The position numbers were made by a program, and so were the translations under genes. From an uncultured Alphaproteobacteria bacterium (GTDB lineage: Bacteria; Pseudomonadota; Alphaproteobacteria; Rhodobacterales; Rhodobacteraceae): 64,000 nt of DNA. Below are positions 31,183 through 43,976 of the stretch, in pieces (positions within the stretch are counted from its first letter, which is position 1; every line of letters begins with the position of its first letter). The notes beneath the pieces were generated by a model that was given only the letters and a program-made list of their open reading frames with translations, did no database searches and was not told where the DNA came from. The DNA lies in contig CAVORP010000001.1 in the NCBI GenBank assembly GCA_963698645.1, positions 380,507 to 444,506 of the forward strand, given 5' to 3'.

Positions 31183-32690
31183 AACAGGCTCCCCTGGCTC
31201 GGCGGCGGCTTTCGGGCTGGCCTCGCGGCCGACGCGGCACCGTCCCCGCCCCCACCAACCGACAGCTTTCCGTCCTTGAACTGGATCTCCAGCGCCTTTG
31301 CCGACCGAGCCCCCGCGACATCCGTGACAAGCGCGCCATCGCCCCAGACAACCGCATAGCCCCGCGCCAGCGTCTGTTCATATCCCAGCGTTTCGTGCAA
31401 CCGGCCCAGCGCCGCGAGGGCGTCCGCCTTGGCACTGCGCAATCGCTCGACCGCGCGGCTGGCCCGCACCCAATTCTCCGAAACCTTCGCGCGCTGCTCG
31501 CCCACCGCGCGGTTCTGGTCCCGCAACAGCCGCGCCATCGCCGGCGCCAGACGACCCGACACCGCGTCAAGCCGTTCACGGTCCTTCCGGATCCGCGCCC
31601 GCAACGCGGCCGGCCGGATCGCCGCACCGGCGCGTTCGAACCGGGTGCGGCTTGCATCGGTATTGGCGCGCAGCGCCGCCCGCAGGGCACGCTCGGCCAT
31701 ATCAAGCCGCTGCGCCGGCCCTTCCAGAAGCGTTTCCCTGCGCGGCAAGGCGCGGGCCAGGTCGCGGAGGCGCTGCCCGCGGATCTCCAGCCCCCGCGCC
31801 GCATGGCCCGAGATTCGCGCGCCCTGCTCCATGAGCCAGGCCAGAAGGTCCACCCGCACCGGAACCGCCATCTCGGCTGCCGCGGTCGGCGTCGGCGCTC
31901 GCTTGTCCGAGGCGAAATCGATCAGGGTCGTATCGGTCTCGTGCCCGACAGCCGAGATCAGAGGGATCTTCGAGGCCGCGGCCGCCCGGACCACGACCTC
32001 TTCGTTGAACCCCCAAAGATCTTCGATCGACCCGCCACCCCGCGCGACGATCAAGAGATCGGGCCGCGGGATGGGCCCGCCCGGCGGCAGGGCGTTGAAG
32101 CCCTCGATCGCACGGGCGACCTCGGGCGCACAGGCAGCACCCTGGACCGCCACGGGCCAGATCAGGACCTTGCGCGGAAAGCGGTCGCGGAGACGATGCA
32201 GGATATCCCGGATCACCGCGCCCGAGGGCGAGGTCACGACCCCGATCACCTCTGGCAGGAACGGCAGCGGCCGCTTGCGCGTCGCATCGAACAGGCCTTC
32301 GGCCGCAAGCGCAGTCTTGCGCTTCTCGAGCATCGCCATAAGCGCGCCGGCACCTGCCACCGCCACCTCGTCGACATTCAGATTGTATTTCGATTGTGCG
32401 CCAAAGGCAGTCATGCGGCCTGTAACCACGACCTCGAGCCCTTCTTCCGGCACCACGCTCAGACTCGAGACCTGCCCCTTCCACGTGGTGCAGGCCAGCA
32501 CGTTCCGATCATCCTTGATGTCGTAATAGAGATGCCCCGAACGGGCCTTGAACACGCGCCCCACCTCGCCGCGCACCCGGATACGTCCAAACTCGCCCTC
32601 GATCACCCGCTTCACCGCACCGGAGATCTCCGAGACGGTGAATTCCGGGGCGTTCTGGCCGGGGGCGGGATCGTCGATCAGATCGGACAT
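31179..32690 (-). CDS. xseA: exodeoxyribonuclease VII large subunit
   Basis: SGHLY, VTSPSGAVIRD, ARGGGSIEDLWGFN, SAVGHETD, TPTAAAE. Confidence 0.96.
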   Translation of the reverse strand: MSDLIDDPAPGQNAPEFTVSEISGAVKRVIEGEFGRIRVRGEVGRVFKARSGHLYYDIKDDRNVLACTTWKGQVSSLSVVPEEGLEVVVTGRMTAFGAQSKYNLNVDEVAVAGAGALMAMLEKRKTALAAEGLFDATRKRPLPFLPEVIGVVTSPSGAVIRDILHRLRDRFPRKVLIWPVAVQGAACAPEVARAIEGFNALPPGGPIPRPDLLIVARGGGSIEDLWGFNEEVVVRAAAASKIPLISAVGHETDTTLIDFASDKRAPTPTAAAEMAVPVRVDLLAWLMEQGARISGHAARGLEIRGQRLRDLARALPRRETLLEGPAQRLDMAERALRAALRANTDASRTRFERAGAAIRPAALRARIRKDRERLDAVSGRLAPAMARLLRDQNRAVGEQRAKVSENWVRASRAVERLRSAKADALAALGRLHETLGYEQTLARGYAVVWGDGALVTDVAGARSAKALEIQFKDGKLSVGGGGDGAASAARPARKPPPSQGSLF

Positions 32691-32761
32691 GGGATTCCTT
32701 GTGCCTTGGTCTGTCCGACACTAGAACGCGGGGGCGAGAAGGGTAAAGCGGGGCATTGCAC

Positions 32762-34036
32762 ATGAATATCCTCATCCTCGGCGGCGGCGGGCGCGAGCAC
32801 GCTCTCGCATGGGCCGTGATGCAGAACCCGAAATGCGACAAGCTGATCGTCGCGCCGGGAAATGCCGGCATCGCCCAGATCGCGGACTGTGCCGACCTCG
32901 ACATCATGGATGGCGGGGCCGTGGCGGCTTTCGCCGAAGAAAACGCCATCGATTTCGTCATCGTCGGACCCGAGGCCCCCTTGGCCGCAGGCGTTTCCGA
33001 CAGGCTGCGTGACGCGGGGCTTCTGGTCTTTGGTCCGTCTCAGGCGGCCGCCCAGCTCGAAGCCTCGAAAGCCTTCACCAAGGAAATCTGCGATGCGGCT
33101 GGCGCGCCCACGGCCGCATGGGGCCGCTTCACCGATGCGCCCGCAGCCCGCGCCTATGTCACCGCCCACGGCGCACCGATCGTGATCAAGGCCGATGGCC
33201 TTGCCGCGGGCAAGGGCGTCGTCGTGGCGATGACCACCGAGGAGGCGCTGGCCGCCGTCGACGACATGTTCGAAGGTGCCTTCGGCGCGGCGGGCGCAGA
33301 GGTCGTGGTCGAGGAATTCCTTGGCGGCGAAGAGGCGTCCTTCTTTGTTCTCTGTGATGGCGAGGCGGTACTGCCCATGGGAACGGCGCAGGATCACAAG
33401 CGCGTGGGCGATGGCGATACCGGGCCGAACACCGGCGGCATGGGGGCGTATTCGCCTGCGCCGGTGCTGACAGATGCGGTCGCAGCCCGCGCGCTCGACC
33501 GGATCATCCGCCCGACAGTGGCGGAAATGGCCCGGCGCGGCACGCCCTATCAGGGGGTCCTCTATGCCGGGCTGATGATCGAGGACGGCGAACCCCGGCT
33601 CATCGAATACAACGTCCGCTTTGGCGACCCCGAATGCCAGGTCCTGATGATGCGTCTTGGCGCGCAGGTTCTGGACCTGATGCAGGCAACGGCCGAAGGC
33701 CGGCTTGCCGAGACACAGGTGAACTGGGCCGACGATCACGCACTGACCGTGGTCCTGGCCGCCCGGGGATATCCCGGCGACTACGAGAAGGGATCGGTCA
33801 TTCGCGGCCTCGACGATCTGGCCGAGGACAGCCATCACATGGTGTTCCACGCGGGCACTGCCGAGGATCATGGAAACATCATCGCCACGGGTGGCCGGGT
33901 TCTCAACGTCACTGCGCGGGGGACAACCCTGCAGGAGGCTCATGACGCGGCTTATGCGACGGTCGACCGGATTGACTGGCCCGGTGGGTTCTGCCGTCGT
34001 GATATCGGCTGGCGGGCCCTACCGAACAAAGGCTAG
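32762..34036 (+). CDS. purD: phosphoribosylamine-glycine ligase
   Basis: [45 protein letters not shown]. Confidence 0.97.
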   Translation: MNILILGGGGREHALAWAVMQNPKCDKLIVAPGNAGIAQIADCADLDIMDGGAVAAFAEENAIDFVIVGPEAPLAAGVSDRLRDAGLLVFGPSQAAAQLEASKAFTKEICDAAGAPTAAWGRFTDAPAARAYVTAHGAPIVIKADGLAAGKGVVVAMTTEEALAAVDDMFEGAFGAAGAEVVVEEFLGGEEASFFVLCDGEAVLPMGTAQDHKRVGDGDTGPNTGGMGAYSPAPVLTDAVAARALDRIIRPTVAEMARRGTPYQGVLYAGLMIEDGEPRLIEYNVRFGDPECQVLMMRLGAQVLDLMQATAEGRLAETQVNWADDHALTVVLAARGYPGDYEKGSVIRGLDDLAEDSHHMVFHAGTAEDHGNIIATGGRVLNVTARGTTLQEAHDAAYATVDRIDWPGGFCRRDIGWRALPNKG

Positions 34037-34049
34037 ACACCTCCGCGCT

Positions 34050-34747
34050 TCACTGCCCGCAGGACAGGGCGTTCGCGAATGAGGACCGATCCTCGTGATC
34101 GCCGATATCGCGCGCGGTCAGCTCTCCGTCCCGGAGCGTCACAGCAAGAAGCCGGGTCCAGTCCGCGGAGGCCACGATCATCTCCGGCCCATCGCCGCAA
34201 TCCCGAATGCCGCCCGCGATATCCCGCTCACCGATCCGGTGGTTGGAAACGCCTTCAAGTGATGCAACCGGGGTCAGCGTCCCGTCCTTGAATCGCAGCA
34301 CCCGCAGGGTCTTTGCCAGATGCGGGCGGTCGACATAGGCGATTTCCATCGCCCCGTCGCCATCCAGATCCGCCGCGCCCACCGGCGCAAGCCAGCGGTT
34401 GGTCTGTCCGATATAATCGTTCGCTGCGACAAGGCCCGACAGTCCATAGACCGCCAGGCGGGAACCCCGGCTCATATGGCTTTCGACGACCACCACTTCG
34501 GGGGCGCCGTCTCCTTCCAGATCGAACAGACGCGGTTCGGTGTCCTCGAAAACCCGCGTCTGCGGCAATACGATCCGCATGCTGCGGCCCTTGTCCGTGC
34601 GCAGGATCAGCGCCCCGTGTTCGGTCGTATCTCCCAGAACGCCGTGCGGATAGCGCGTTGTCGGATTGGCATATTCCGCCGCCACGATCGTCTCTGCCGC
34701 AACCGGGGCACCGGCCAGCGCGACGAGGAGTATCGCCGCGCGCCACA

Positions 34748-34748
<1 letters not shown>
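34050..34748 (-). CDS. secreted FG-GAP/VCBS-repeat protein
   Basis: Signal peptide; DLEGDGAPEVVV and ADLDGDGAMEIA loops. Confidence 0.8.
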
Positions 34749-36147
<1,399 letters not shown>

Positions 36148-36170
36148 CGAAAACAGCCTTGGACAAGACA

Positions 36171-36199
36171 GAAAGGGCGCCCGATCGGGGCGCCCTTTC
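36171..36199. terminator. bidirectional intrinsic terminator
   Basis: GAAAGGGCGCCC-loop-GGGCGCCCTTTC between convergent genes. Confidence 0.85.
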
Positions 36200-36224
36200 C
36201 GGTTAGATTAAGGGGTGAGCGAAA

Positions 36225-37696
36225 TCAGCCCTGATCAAGGGACAGCGCGACAAAGCGCGGATCCCCGGCACGACGCACAAGCAGCAGCAGGGACTTGCGC
36301 CCTGCATCGCGGGCAGCCTCGATCCGGGCTTCCAGATCGGCGACCGTCGCGACCACCTCTTGCCCGGCCTCGGTGATGACATCACCCGCGCGCAGGCCCT
36401 TTTCGAAGGCCTCGCTGTCCTCGGCCACATCTTCGACCACAAGCCCTTCGGTTCCGTCCGGAAGCCCAAGACCCTCGCGCAGTTCATCGGTCAGCGTGGT
36501 GATCTTCAGGCCCATGATATCAGCCGACATCGGCTCTTCGGTCGCCGGTGCCGATGCAGGCACGGCGCGCTCCGCATCTTCGCGGCGGCCAAGGGTGACC
36601 ATCAGGGTCTTCGTCTCTCCGTCACGGAAGACAAGAACCCGGACAGCCTTGCCGACTTCCGCATTGCCGACCTGCCGCACGAGCTCGCGGGTATCGGCCA
36701 CTTCACGGCCATCGAAGGACAGGATGACGTCGCCCTGCTCGATCCCTGCTTCGGCCGCCGGACCTTCCGGCACATCGGTGACCAGCGCACCCGCAGTGGC
36801 TCTCAAGTCCCGATCGCTTCGGCCACATCGTCCGACACGTCCTGGATGCGGACACCCAGCCAGCCGCGGCGGGTTTCGCCGAACTCTTCAAGCTGCGCGA
36901 TGACGTTGGTCGCAACACGGCTGGACATGGCAAAGCCGATACCGATCGACCCGCCATTGGGCGACAGGATCGCGGTATTCACGCCGATCACTTCGCCATT
37001 CATGTTGAACAGCGGCCCACCGGAGTTGCCCCGGTTGATGGCGGCGTCGGTCTGGATGTAGTCGTCATAGGTTCCCGACAGCGCGCGACCGCGTGCCGAC
37101 ACGATACCGGCGGAAACCGAAAAGCCCTGACCGAGGGGGTTGCCCATGGCCATGACCCAATCGCCGACGCGCGACTCGTCCGAGTTGCCCCATGGGACGA
37201 ACGCCAAGGGTTCGTCGGCTTCGACCTTCAGCAGGGCGAGGTCGGTGTTGGGATCGGTTCCGACGATGGTCGCTTCAAGTTCGAACCCCTCGAAGAATTC
37301 GATCATGATCTCGTCAGCGCCTTGTATGACGTGATTGTTGGTGACGATATATCCGTCTTCCGAAATCACAAAGCCCGACCCAAGCGCCTGACTACGTCGC
37401 GGGCGACGCTCGCCATCATCGTTGCGGTCCATGAAATCGCGGAAGAAATCCTCGAAGGGCGATCCATCGGGTACGACGGGAGCCGGTCCGGTATTCGCCG
37501 CAACCGTGGTCGAGGTCGTGATATTGACCACCGCCGGGCTGACCTTGTCAGCAAGATCGGCGAAGGTGTTGGGTCGGCTCTGGGCACCTGCCATCATCGC
37601 CTGAGCGAAGACCAACGCAAGCCCTACGAAAAGCACCCAAATGGCCTGCATCGGCGCGGTTCGGGTACGTGCTACTGCGATTGCCTGAGTCTTCAC
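36225..37696 (-). CDS. degP: DegP/Do (HtrA) serine endoprotease with two PDZ domains (frameshift near 36805)
   Basis: GSGFVI, TNNHV, DLALL, IQTDAAINRGNSGGPL; GTG start after AAGGGAG. Confidence 0.92.
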
Positions 37697-37874
37697 AGCA
37701 ATCTCCCTTTCCTGGTGATGGGATCGCGGCTGCTCGGTCGCGATCGTGAAACAGTCTGGTGATAAGATAGGCATGCATTGGTGCAACACAACGCATGAAA
37801 ATGCAGCATCACCGATGTGTGACCGATCTCGGCGATTCTGGAGCGTTGCCGCATGGCCGCATGCCAGAAGGCCG

Positions 37875-38070
37875 TCAGATGCCCAGAGACCGCGCGATCC
37901 AGACCAGCGTTACGCCCAACGCGACCGCTGCCGAGCCCCAACACCCGCCGGGTCTCGGGCGGAATGTTGCGAATGGCTTCGATCACGTCCTCCAGACGCG
38001 AAGGGGCCAGTGCAAGCACCAGCCCCTCGATCACAAAGACAAGTCCGAACCCCAGAAGGAGCCAGCTCAT
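37875..38070 (-). CDS. DUF2065 small membrane protein (frameshift near 37931)
   Basis: GLVFVIEGL.LALAP...RR.LGL; usual position after hflC. Confidence 0.8.
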
Positions 38071-38986
38071 CAGTTCCCCGAAAGCTGACCCGCGCCAGCA
38101 TCGGGCCGTGTTCCGCGCCCGCCGCGCCGTCAAGGAATTCGAAGAACTCGCTGTCGGGTGTGATCACCATGGTCGAGTTCGATCCCTGCAACGCCCGCTC
38201 ATAGGCCGCCATCGACCGATAGAATTCAAAGAATTCCGGATCGGCGCCAAAGGCTTCGGCAAAGATTCCGTTGCGTTCAGCATCGGCCTCACCGCGAACG
38301 ATCTCGCTTTCACGACGCGCCTCCGAGACAAGCTCGACCACGGTCCGGTCGGCCTGCGCCCGGACCCGCTGCGCGGCTTCGCCACCACGGGCGATCTCGT
38401 CCGCCGCTTCGCGTTCCCGTTCCGCCCGCATCCGCGCGAAGGTGGACTCGAGGTTCTGATCGGGCAGGTTGGTCTGCTTCAACCGGACGTCGACAACATC
38501 AAGGCCCAGTGCCTGCGCACGCGCTTGGCTCAATCGGCGAATCCGCACCATAAGTGCGGCGCGGTCGGAAGAAAGGATCGTATTCGACGTAACACCGGCC
38601 GAACCCAGAACCGCCCGCGTCTGGGTGGTCAGGATCGACACAAGCCGGTCCTCGGCGGCACGCAATCCGCCAACGCCCACGGCCTGACGGAACTGCACAA
38701 CATCGGCGATCCGGTACCGCGCGAAGGCGTCTACCACCAGACGCCGGTCATCCGACGGCGTGACTTCGATCGTCGGCGTGTCCAGCGACAGGATCCGGTC
38801 GTCATAACGCACGACTTCCTGAATAAGCGGAATCTTGAAGGCAAGACCGGGATCTTCCTTGACCTGCTTGATCTGACCGAACTGGAGGACAAGCGCCTTT
38901 TCGCGCTCGTCTACGATGAATATCGAGGACATCACCAGGGCAATGGCGACCACGACGATGGGGATAAGAAAAGTTACTTTGCGCAT
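38070..38986 (-). CDS. hflC: protease modulator HflC (3' end apparently frameshifted)
   Basis: SPFH domain, RMRAEREREA, FGADPEFFEFYRS; TGATG overlap with the DUF2065 gene. Confidence 0.93.
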
Positions 38987-38989
38987 GGA

Positions 38990-40150
38990 TCAGTTCCCCG
39001 TCGTGGCGGCGCCGCGGCGCAGTTCGTTAAGCGGAAGGTACGGCACGACGCCCTGCCCCTGACCGCCGGAGTTTTCGTCCAGAATGATCTTGTCGACCCC
39101 TCCGAGAACCCGCTCGAGCGTTTCGAGATAGAGACGTTTGCGCGTGACTTCCGGCGCTTGCTCATATTCGCCGAGAACCGCAAGGAAACGGCTCGCCTCA
39201 CCCTGCGCTTCATTCACCACACGCGCCCGGTAACCTTCGGATTCTTCGAGGATCTGGGCGGCTTCACCGCGCGCGCCAGCAAGGACCTGCGCCGCATAGG
39301 CATCGGCCTGACGCTCAAGCCGGTCACGCTGCTGTTCGGCTGCCTGAACTTCGCGGAACGCGTCGATCACCTCTGCCGGCGGGTCCGACTTGTCGAGGTT
39401 GACGAGGACGATGTTGATACCGCTCTCATAGCTGTCCAGCGTCGTCTGGATCAACTCCTGAGCGTTTGCTTCGATAAGACTACGATCCCGGTTCAGGATC
39501 GGGGCCAGTTCCGATGCCGCGATGATTTCGCGCATGGCCGCTTCGGACACCGCCCGCACGGTCTGGCGCGGATCGGCGAGATTGAACAGGAACTTGGCCG
39601 GATCGTTGATGTTCCAGACCACCTGGAAATCGATGTCGACGATGTTCTCGTCGGTCGTCAGCATCAGGCCATCACCGCCCGAAGACCCGGACCGGCCGGT
39701 TCCGATATCCTCGGATTGCTGCCGTGTCACAGGGATCACCTCGTAGGAGACCAGCGGCCAGGGGGCGAAGTTCAGACCGGGGTTCCCGATCGCACTGAAT
39801 TCACCGAGGAAAAGTTCGACCGACTGCTCTTCCGGACGAACCGTGTAGAAAGACGAGAACGCCCACAGCGCCAGCGCCGCGAGGGCGCCAATCCCGATGG
39901 TGCCACGCGACAGGCCCGGGCCTCCGCCCTCGCCGTCAGGTCCGCGAGGACCGCCACCGCGACCCCCCATCAGAACGCGGAGCTGTTCCTGCCCCTTGCG
40001 AACAATTTCATCAATTTCGGGGATCTGCGGGCCTTCGCCACCCGGCTTACGTCCGCCACCGCCACGATTATCGTCGCCGCCGCCCGAGCCATTGCCCGAG
40101 CCGCCGCCTCTGGAGCCACCGCCCCAAGGTCCGCCATTGTTGCTGGCCAT
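38990..40150 (-). CDS. hflK: protease modulator HflK
   Basis: GPWG, MLTTDENIVD, DAFREVQAAEQ, GEASRF, RLYLET. Confidence 0.95.
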   Translation of the reverse strand: MASNNGGPWGGGSRGGGSGNGSGGGDDNRGGGGRKPGGEGPQIPEIDEIVRKGQEQLRVLMGGRGGGPRGPDGEGGGPGLSRGTIGIGALAALALWAFSSFYTVRPEEQSVELFLGEFSAIGNPGLNFAPWPLVSYEVIPVTRQQSEDIGTGRSGSSGGDGLMLTTDENIVDIDFQVVWNINDPAKFLFNLADPRQTVRAVSEAAMREIIAASELAPILNRDRSLIEANAQELIQTTLDSYESGINIVLVNLDKSDPPAEVIDAFREVQAAEQQRDRLERQADAYAAQVLAGARGEAAQILEESEGYRARVVNEAQGEASRFLAVLGEYEQAPEVTRKRLYLETLERVLGGVDKIILDENSGGQGQGVVPYLPLNELRRGAATTGN

Positions 40151-40235
40151 ATAGGTGTCTTTCCCTTTGTCGGTCAGAGTGTGCGTCATGCGTCTAACTG
40201 TGTGCTGCTGGTCATTTTTCAAGCGGCTTGTCGCC

Positions 40236-41598
40236 TCAAGCCGTCCGAACCGGAGTTCGCATCGTGACCAGCTCTTCCGAGATTGTCGGGTGAACCGCGA
40301 CGGTCCGGTCGAAATCTTCCTTGGTCGCGCCCATCTTTATCGCGACCCCGGCAAGTTGAATAAGCTCGCCCGCGCCATCGGCGACAATGTGACACCCCAG
40401 GACCTTGCGTGTGTCGGAATCGACGATCAGCTTGAACAAGACCCGGTCGGGGCGATCGATAAAGGCCGTCTGCATGGGCCGGAACGAGGTGCAGTAGACT
40501 TCGATCCTGTGGGACTCGCGGGCTTCCTCTTCGGTCAGGCCGACCGCGCCGTATTCCGGCTGCGTGAAGATGGCCGAAGGGACAAGATCGTGGTCGGTCG
40601 AGGTCTTCTTGCCGCCAAAAACCGTATCGGCAAAGGCATGCCCCTCGCGGATCGCCACCGGGGTCAGGTTGATGCGGTTGGTTACATCGCCCACCGCATA
40701 GATCGACGGAATGTTCGTCTGGCTATACGCATCGACGACGATCTCGCCGCGCCGGCCCAGTGTCACGCCGGCCTCGTCAAGTCCCATGCCGGCCGTATTC
40801 GGAGCCCGTCCGGTGGCGAACAGCACCTTGTCGAAAACAGCTTCATGGCCGTTCGAAGCCTTGACCCATATCCCGTGCTCGCGCTTCTCCATCTCGATGA
40901 TCGTGGTCCCGAGATGGAGATCGATCCCCTTGTCCCGCATCGCTTCGGCGATCAGCCCGCGCGCCTCTTCGTCGAAGCCGCGCAGGATCTGCGCACCGCG
41001 ATAGAATTGGGTGACCTGCGTGCCGAAGCCATTGAAGATACAGGCAAACTCGCAGGCGATATATCCGCCGCCTACGATCAAAAGCCGCTCCGGCAACGCG
41101 TCCAGATGGAACACGTCATTGGACGATATGCCAAGATCGCGCGCCCGCTGGTCGGGGAATTGAACATGCCCGCCGGTCGCCACAAGGATATGTGCCGCAC
41201 TCACCGTCCGACCATCGGCCAGACGAACGGTATGCGGATCGGCGATCTCGGCCCGGCAGTCGAAGATCTCGACACCGGCCTTCTCGAGATTCGTGCGATA
41301 GATCTGCTCGAGCCGGTCAAGTTCACTGTGAAGATGGGTGCGAAACCCGTGTCCAGTCGAAAGCGCCGATCCGTGTCTCCCAGCCATAGCTGGCGGCATC
41401 TGCGACCTGCTGCGGATAGGATGAACCGAACACCATGATCTTCTTGGGCACACACCCGCGGATCACGCAGGTGCCCCCCATCCGGCTTTCCTCGGCCAGC
41501 GCCACACGCGCCCCGCCTTCGGAACTTGCGATCCGCGCGGCGCGTACGCCACCCGAACCGCCACCGATCACGAACAGATCATAGTCGAATTCCGCCAT
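40236..41598 (-). CDS. gor: glutathione-disulfide reductase (frameshift near 41351)
   Basis: GGGSGG, GGTCVIRGCVPKK, GGGYIA.EFA, GDVT, HPTISEE. Confidence 0.95.
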
Positions 41599-42386
41599 CA
41601 GTCCGACAAGTCCGAGAACACGTTGTCCGTTTCAAGGAAATCCACGACGCTTTCTTCGGACGTACCTTCGTTGATATCCTTCACCTCGACCCGGCCATCG
41701 CCATGGCCGATGATCACGATATCACAAATATCGATGAACAGCCCGTTCTCGACGACACCCGGAATCTGGTTGATCACCATCGCGAACTGCCGGGCGTTGC
41801 CGATGCGGCCCAGATGCAGATCAAGGATGAAATTGCCCTCGTCGGTCACGAAGGGGCTCTCGCCATTCATCCGGATCGTCGAACTGTCGCCCAGCACATC
41901 GAGCGAGCTCAGCGTCTCCTCGATCAGGGCCTTCGTGGTCTGCCAGCCAAAGGGGACCACCTCGATCGGCAGGGGGAACGCGCCAAGGCTCTCGACCTGC
42001 TTCGTCTTGTCGGCGATCACGATCATCTGGTCCGATGCGGTCGCCACGATCTTTTCCTGCAGAAGCGCGCCGCCGCCACCCTTGATCAGGTTCAGTTCGG
42101 CGTCGAACTCGTCGGTCCCGTCGATCGTCAGGTCCAGCCACTTCGCCTCGTCCAGACTGACCACATTGATCCCCACCTGGCGGGCAAGCTCGGCGGTGCG
42201 GGTCGATGTGGGCACGCCGGTGATCTTCAGGCCTTCTTCGCGCACCATCTCACCCAGGCACCGCACCAGCCAGGCTGCGGTCGATCCGGTCCCCAGACCA
42301 AGGCGCATGCCGCTCTGAACGTAGTCGCAGGCACGCTTTGCAGCCACGAATTTGGCGGTATCGATAGGCGAAAGTGGTTTGGGCAT
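41598..42386 (-). CDS. rpiA: ribose-5-phosphate isomerase A
   Basis: GLGTGST, DGTDE, KGGGGALLQEK, PGVVENGLF. Confidence 0.97.
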   Translation of the reverse strand: MPKPLSPIDTAKFVAAKRACDYVQSGMRLGLGTGSTAAWLVRCLGEMVREEGLKITGVPTSTRTAELARQVGINVVSLDEAKWLDLTIDGTDEFDAELNLIKGGGGALLQEKIVATASDQMIVIADKTKQVESLGAFPLPIEVVPFGWQTTKALIEETLSSLDVLGDSSTIRMNGESPFVTDEGNFILDLHLGRIGNARQFAMVINQIPGVVENGLFIDICDIVIIGHGDGRVEVKDINEGTSEESVVDFLETDNVFSDLSD

Positions 42387-42589
42387 AGGCAAGCTCTCCG
42401 GTCGTATCCGGGGGGCTTATAGGCCGGGTGGCGCGTCGGCGCGAGAGGCAAGACGCATTTTTTGCATTCTCCTGCGCACAGAAATGACGCGCGAATATCG
42501 CTCCAGCGCACAGGCCCGTCGTTAATGTGCTGGACGCAAGGGACAGAAGTCCCCACTTCTTCCCTCAGGCGCAGAAAAGGGGTTTGGGA

Positions 42590-43964
42590 ATGTTCCTGTC
42601 GGTATTCGACATGTTCAAGGTCGGCATCGGGCCCTCCTCCTCCCATACAATGGGCCCGATGGTCGCCGCCGCGCGCTTTCTCGAGACCTTGCGCGCCTCA
42701 CCCTTCACGGCTCACGGCCTTCGGGCCAGCCTGCACGGATCGCTCGCCTTCACCGGCATCGGCCATGCCACGGACCGGGCGGTGATCCTCGGGCTCGCGG
42801 GCTTCGTCCCCGAGACATATGACGCAGAGGCCGCGGAACAGGCTCTCGCCCTCATCCGCGAAACCGGCGTTGTACATCCGGACGGCCTGCCCGCCATGGC
42901 CTTTGCGCCGAAGCAGGATCTGGTATTCGACTATGGCCCAGCCCTGCCCGGCCACGCGAACGGAATGATCCTGATGGCCACCGATGGTCAGGGCGACGTG
43001 ATACTTCAGGAAACCTACTTTTCCATTGGCGGCGGCTTCGTGATGACCGAAGCAGAGCTTGCAGCAGGGGCGGAACACGCGCGAAACAGCCGCCGTTCCC
43101 TACCCGTTCAAATCCGCGGCCGAAATGCTCGAGATGTGCACCACGACGGGCAAGTCGGTGGCCGAGTTGAAACGGGCGAACGAACTGACCCGCCTGTCCA
43201 CAGAGGCCCTCGATGCCGGCCTCACCCGGCTATGGGACGTGATGAATGCCTGCATCGATCGCGGGCTGTCGGCCCATGGCATCCTGCCCGGCGGCCTCAA
43301 CGTGAAACGGCGCGCGGGCGCGATCCATGCGGCGCTGCAGGCCGAACGCGGCATGAACCTGACCGCGCCGCACACCATCAATGACTGGATCTCGGCCTAT
43401 GCCATGGCGGTGAACGAGGAAAACGCCGCCGGTGGGCAGGTCGTGACGGCCCCCACAAACGGGGCCGCCGGGGTCGTCCCCGCAACGATCCGCTATTACC
43501 TCGACCACGTGCCCGGAGCTTCCCGCGCCCGGATCGGGGAATTCCTTCTGACCGCGGCGGCAATCGCCGGGTTGGTCAAGCACAACGCCTCGATCTCGGG
43601 CGCCGAATGCGGCTGTCAGGCCGAGGTGGGCTCGGCCGCGGCGATGGCCGCCGCGGGGCTTTGCGCCGTTCTCGACGGCACGCCCGAACAGGTCGAGAAT
43701 GCCGCCGAAATCGCGCTTGAACACCACCTTGGCATGACCTGCGATCCGGCCAAGGGGCTGGTTCAGGTGCCCTGCATCGAACGCAACGGCCTTGGCGCGA
43801 TCAAGGCGATCTCGGCGGCATCGCTCAGCCTCCGCGGGGACGGCACGCATCTTGTCCCGCTCGATGCCTGCATCGAAACCATGCGTCAGACCGGCGAGGA
43901 CATGAGCCACAAGTACAAGGAAACCTCCCTTGGCGGCCTCGCGGTGAATATCCCCAACTGCTGA
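42590..43964 (+). CDS. sdaA: L-serine ammonia-lyase (frameshift near 43074)
   Basis: [48 protein letters not shown]. Confidence 0.95.
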
Positions 43965-43976
43965 CCGCAGGCGGCC

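Noticed and set aside
42495-42589. Possible glycine riboswitch upstream of sdaA (two hairpins, CTCAGG)
   Set aside because: Lacks the GGAGA and CCGAAG core; the sequence may simply be the promoter region
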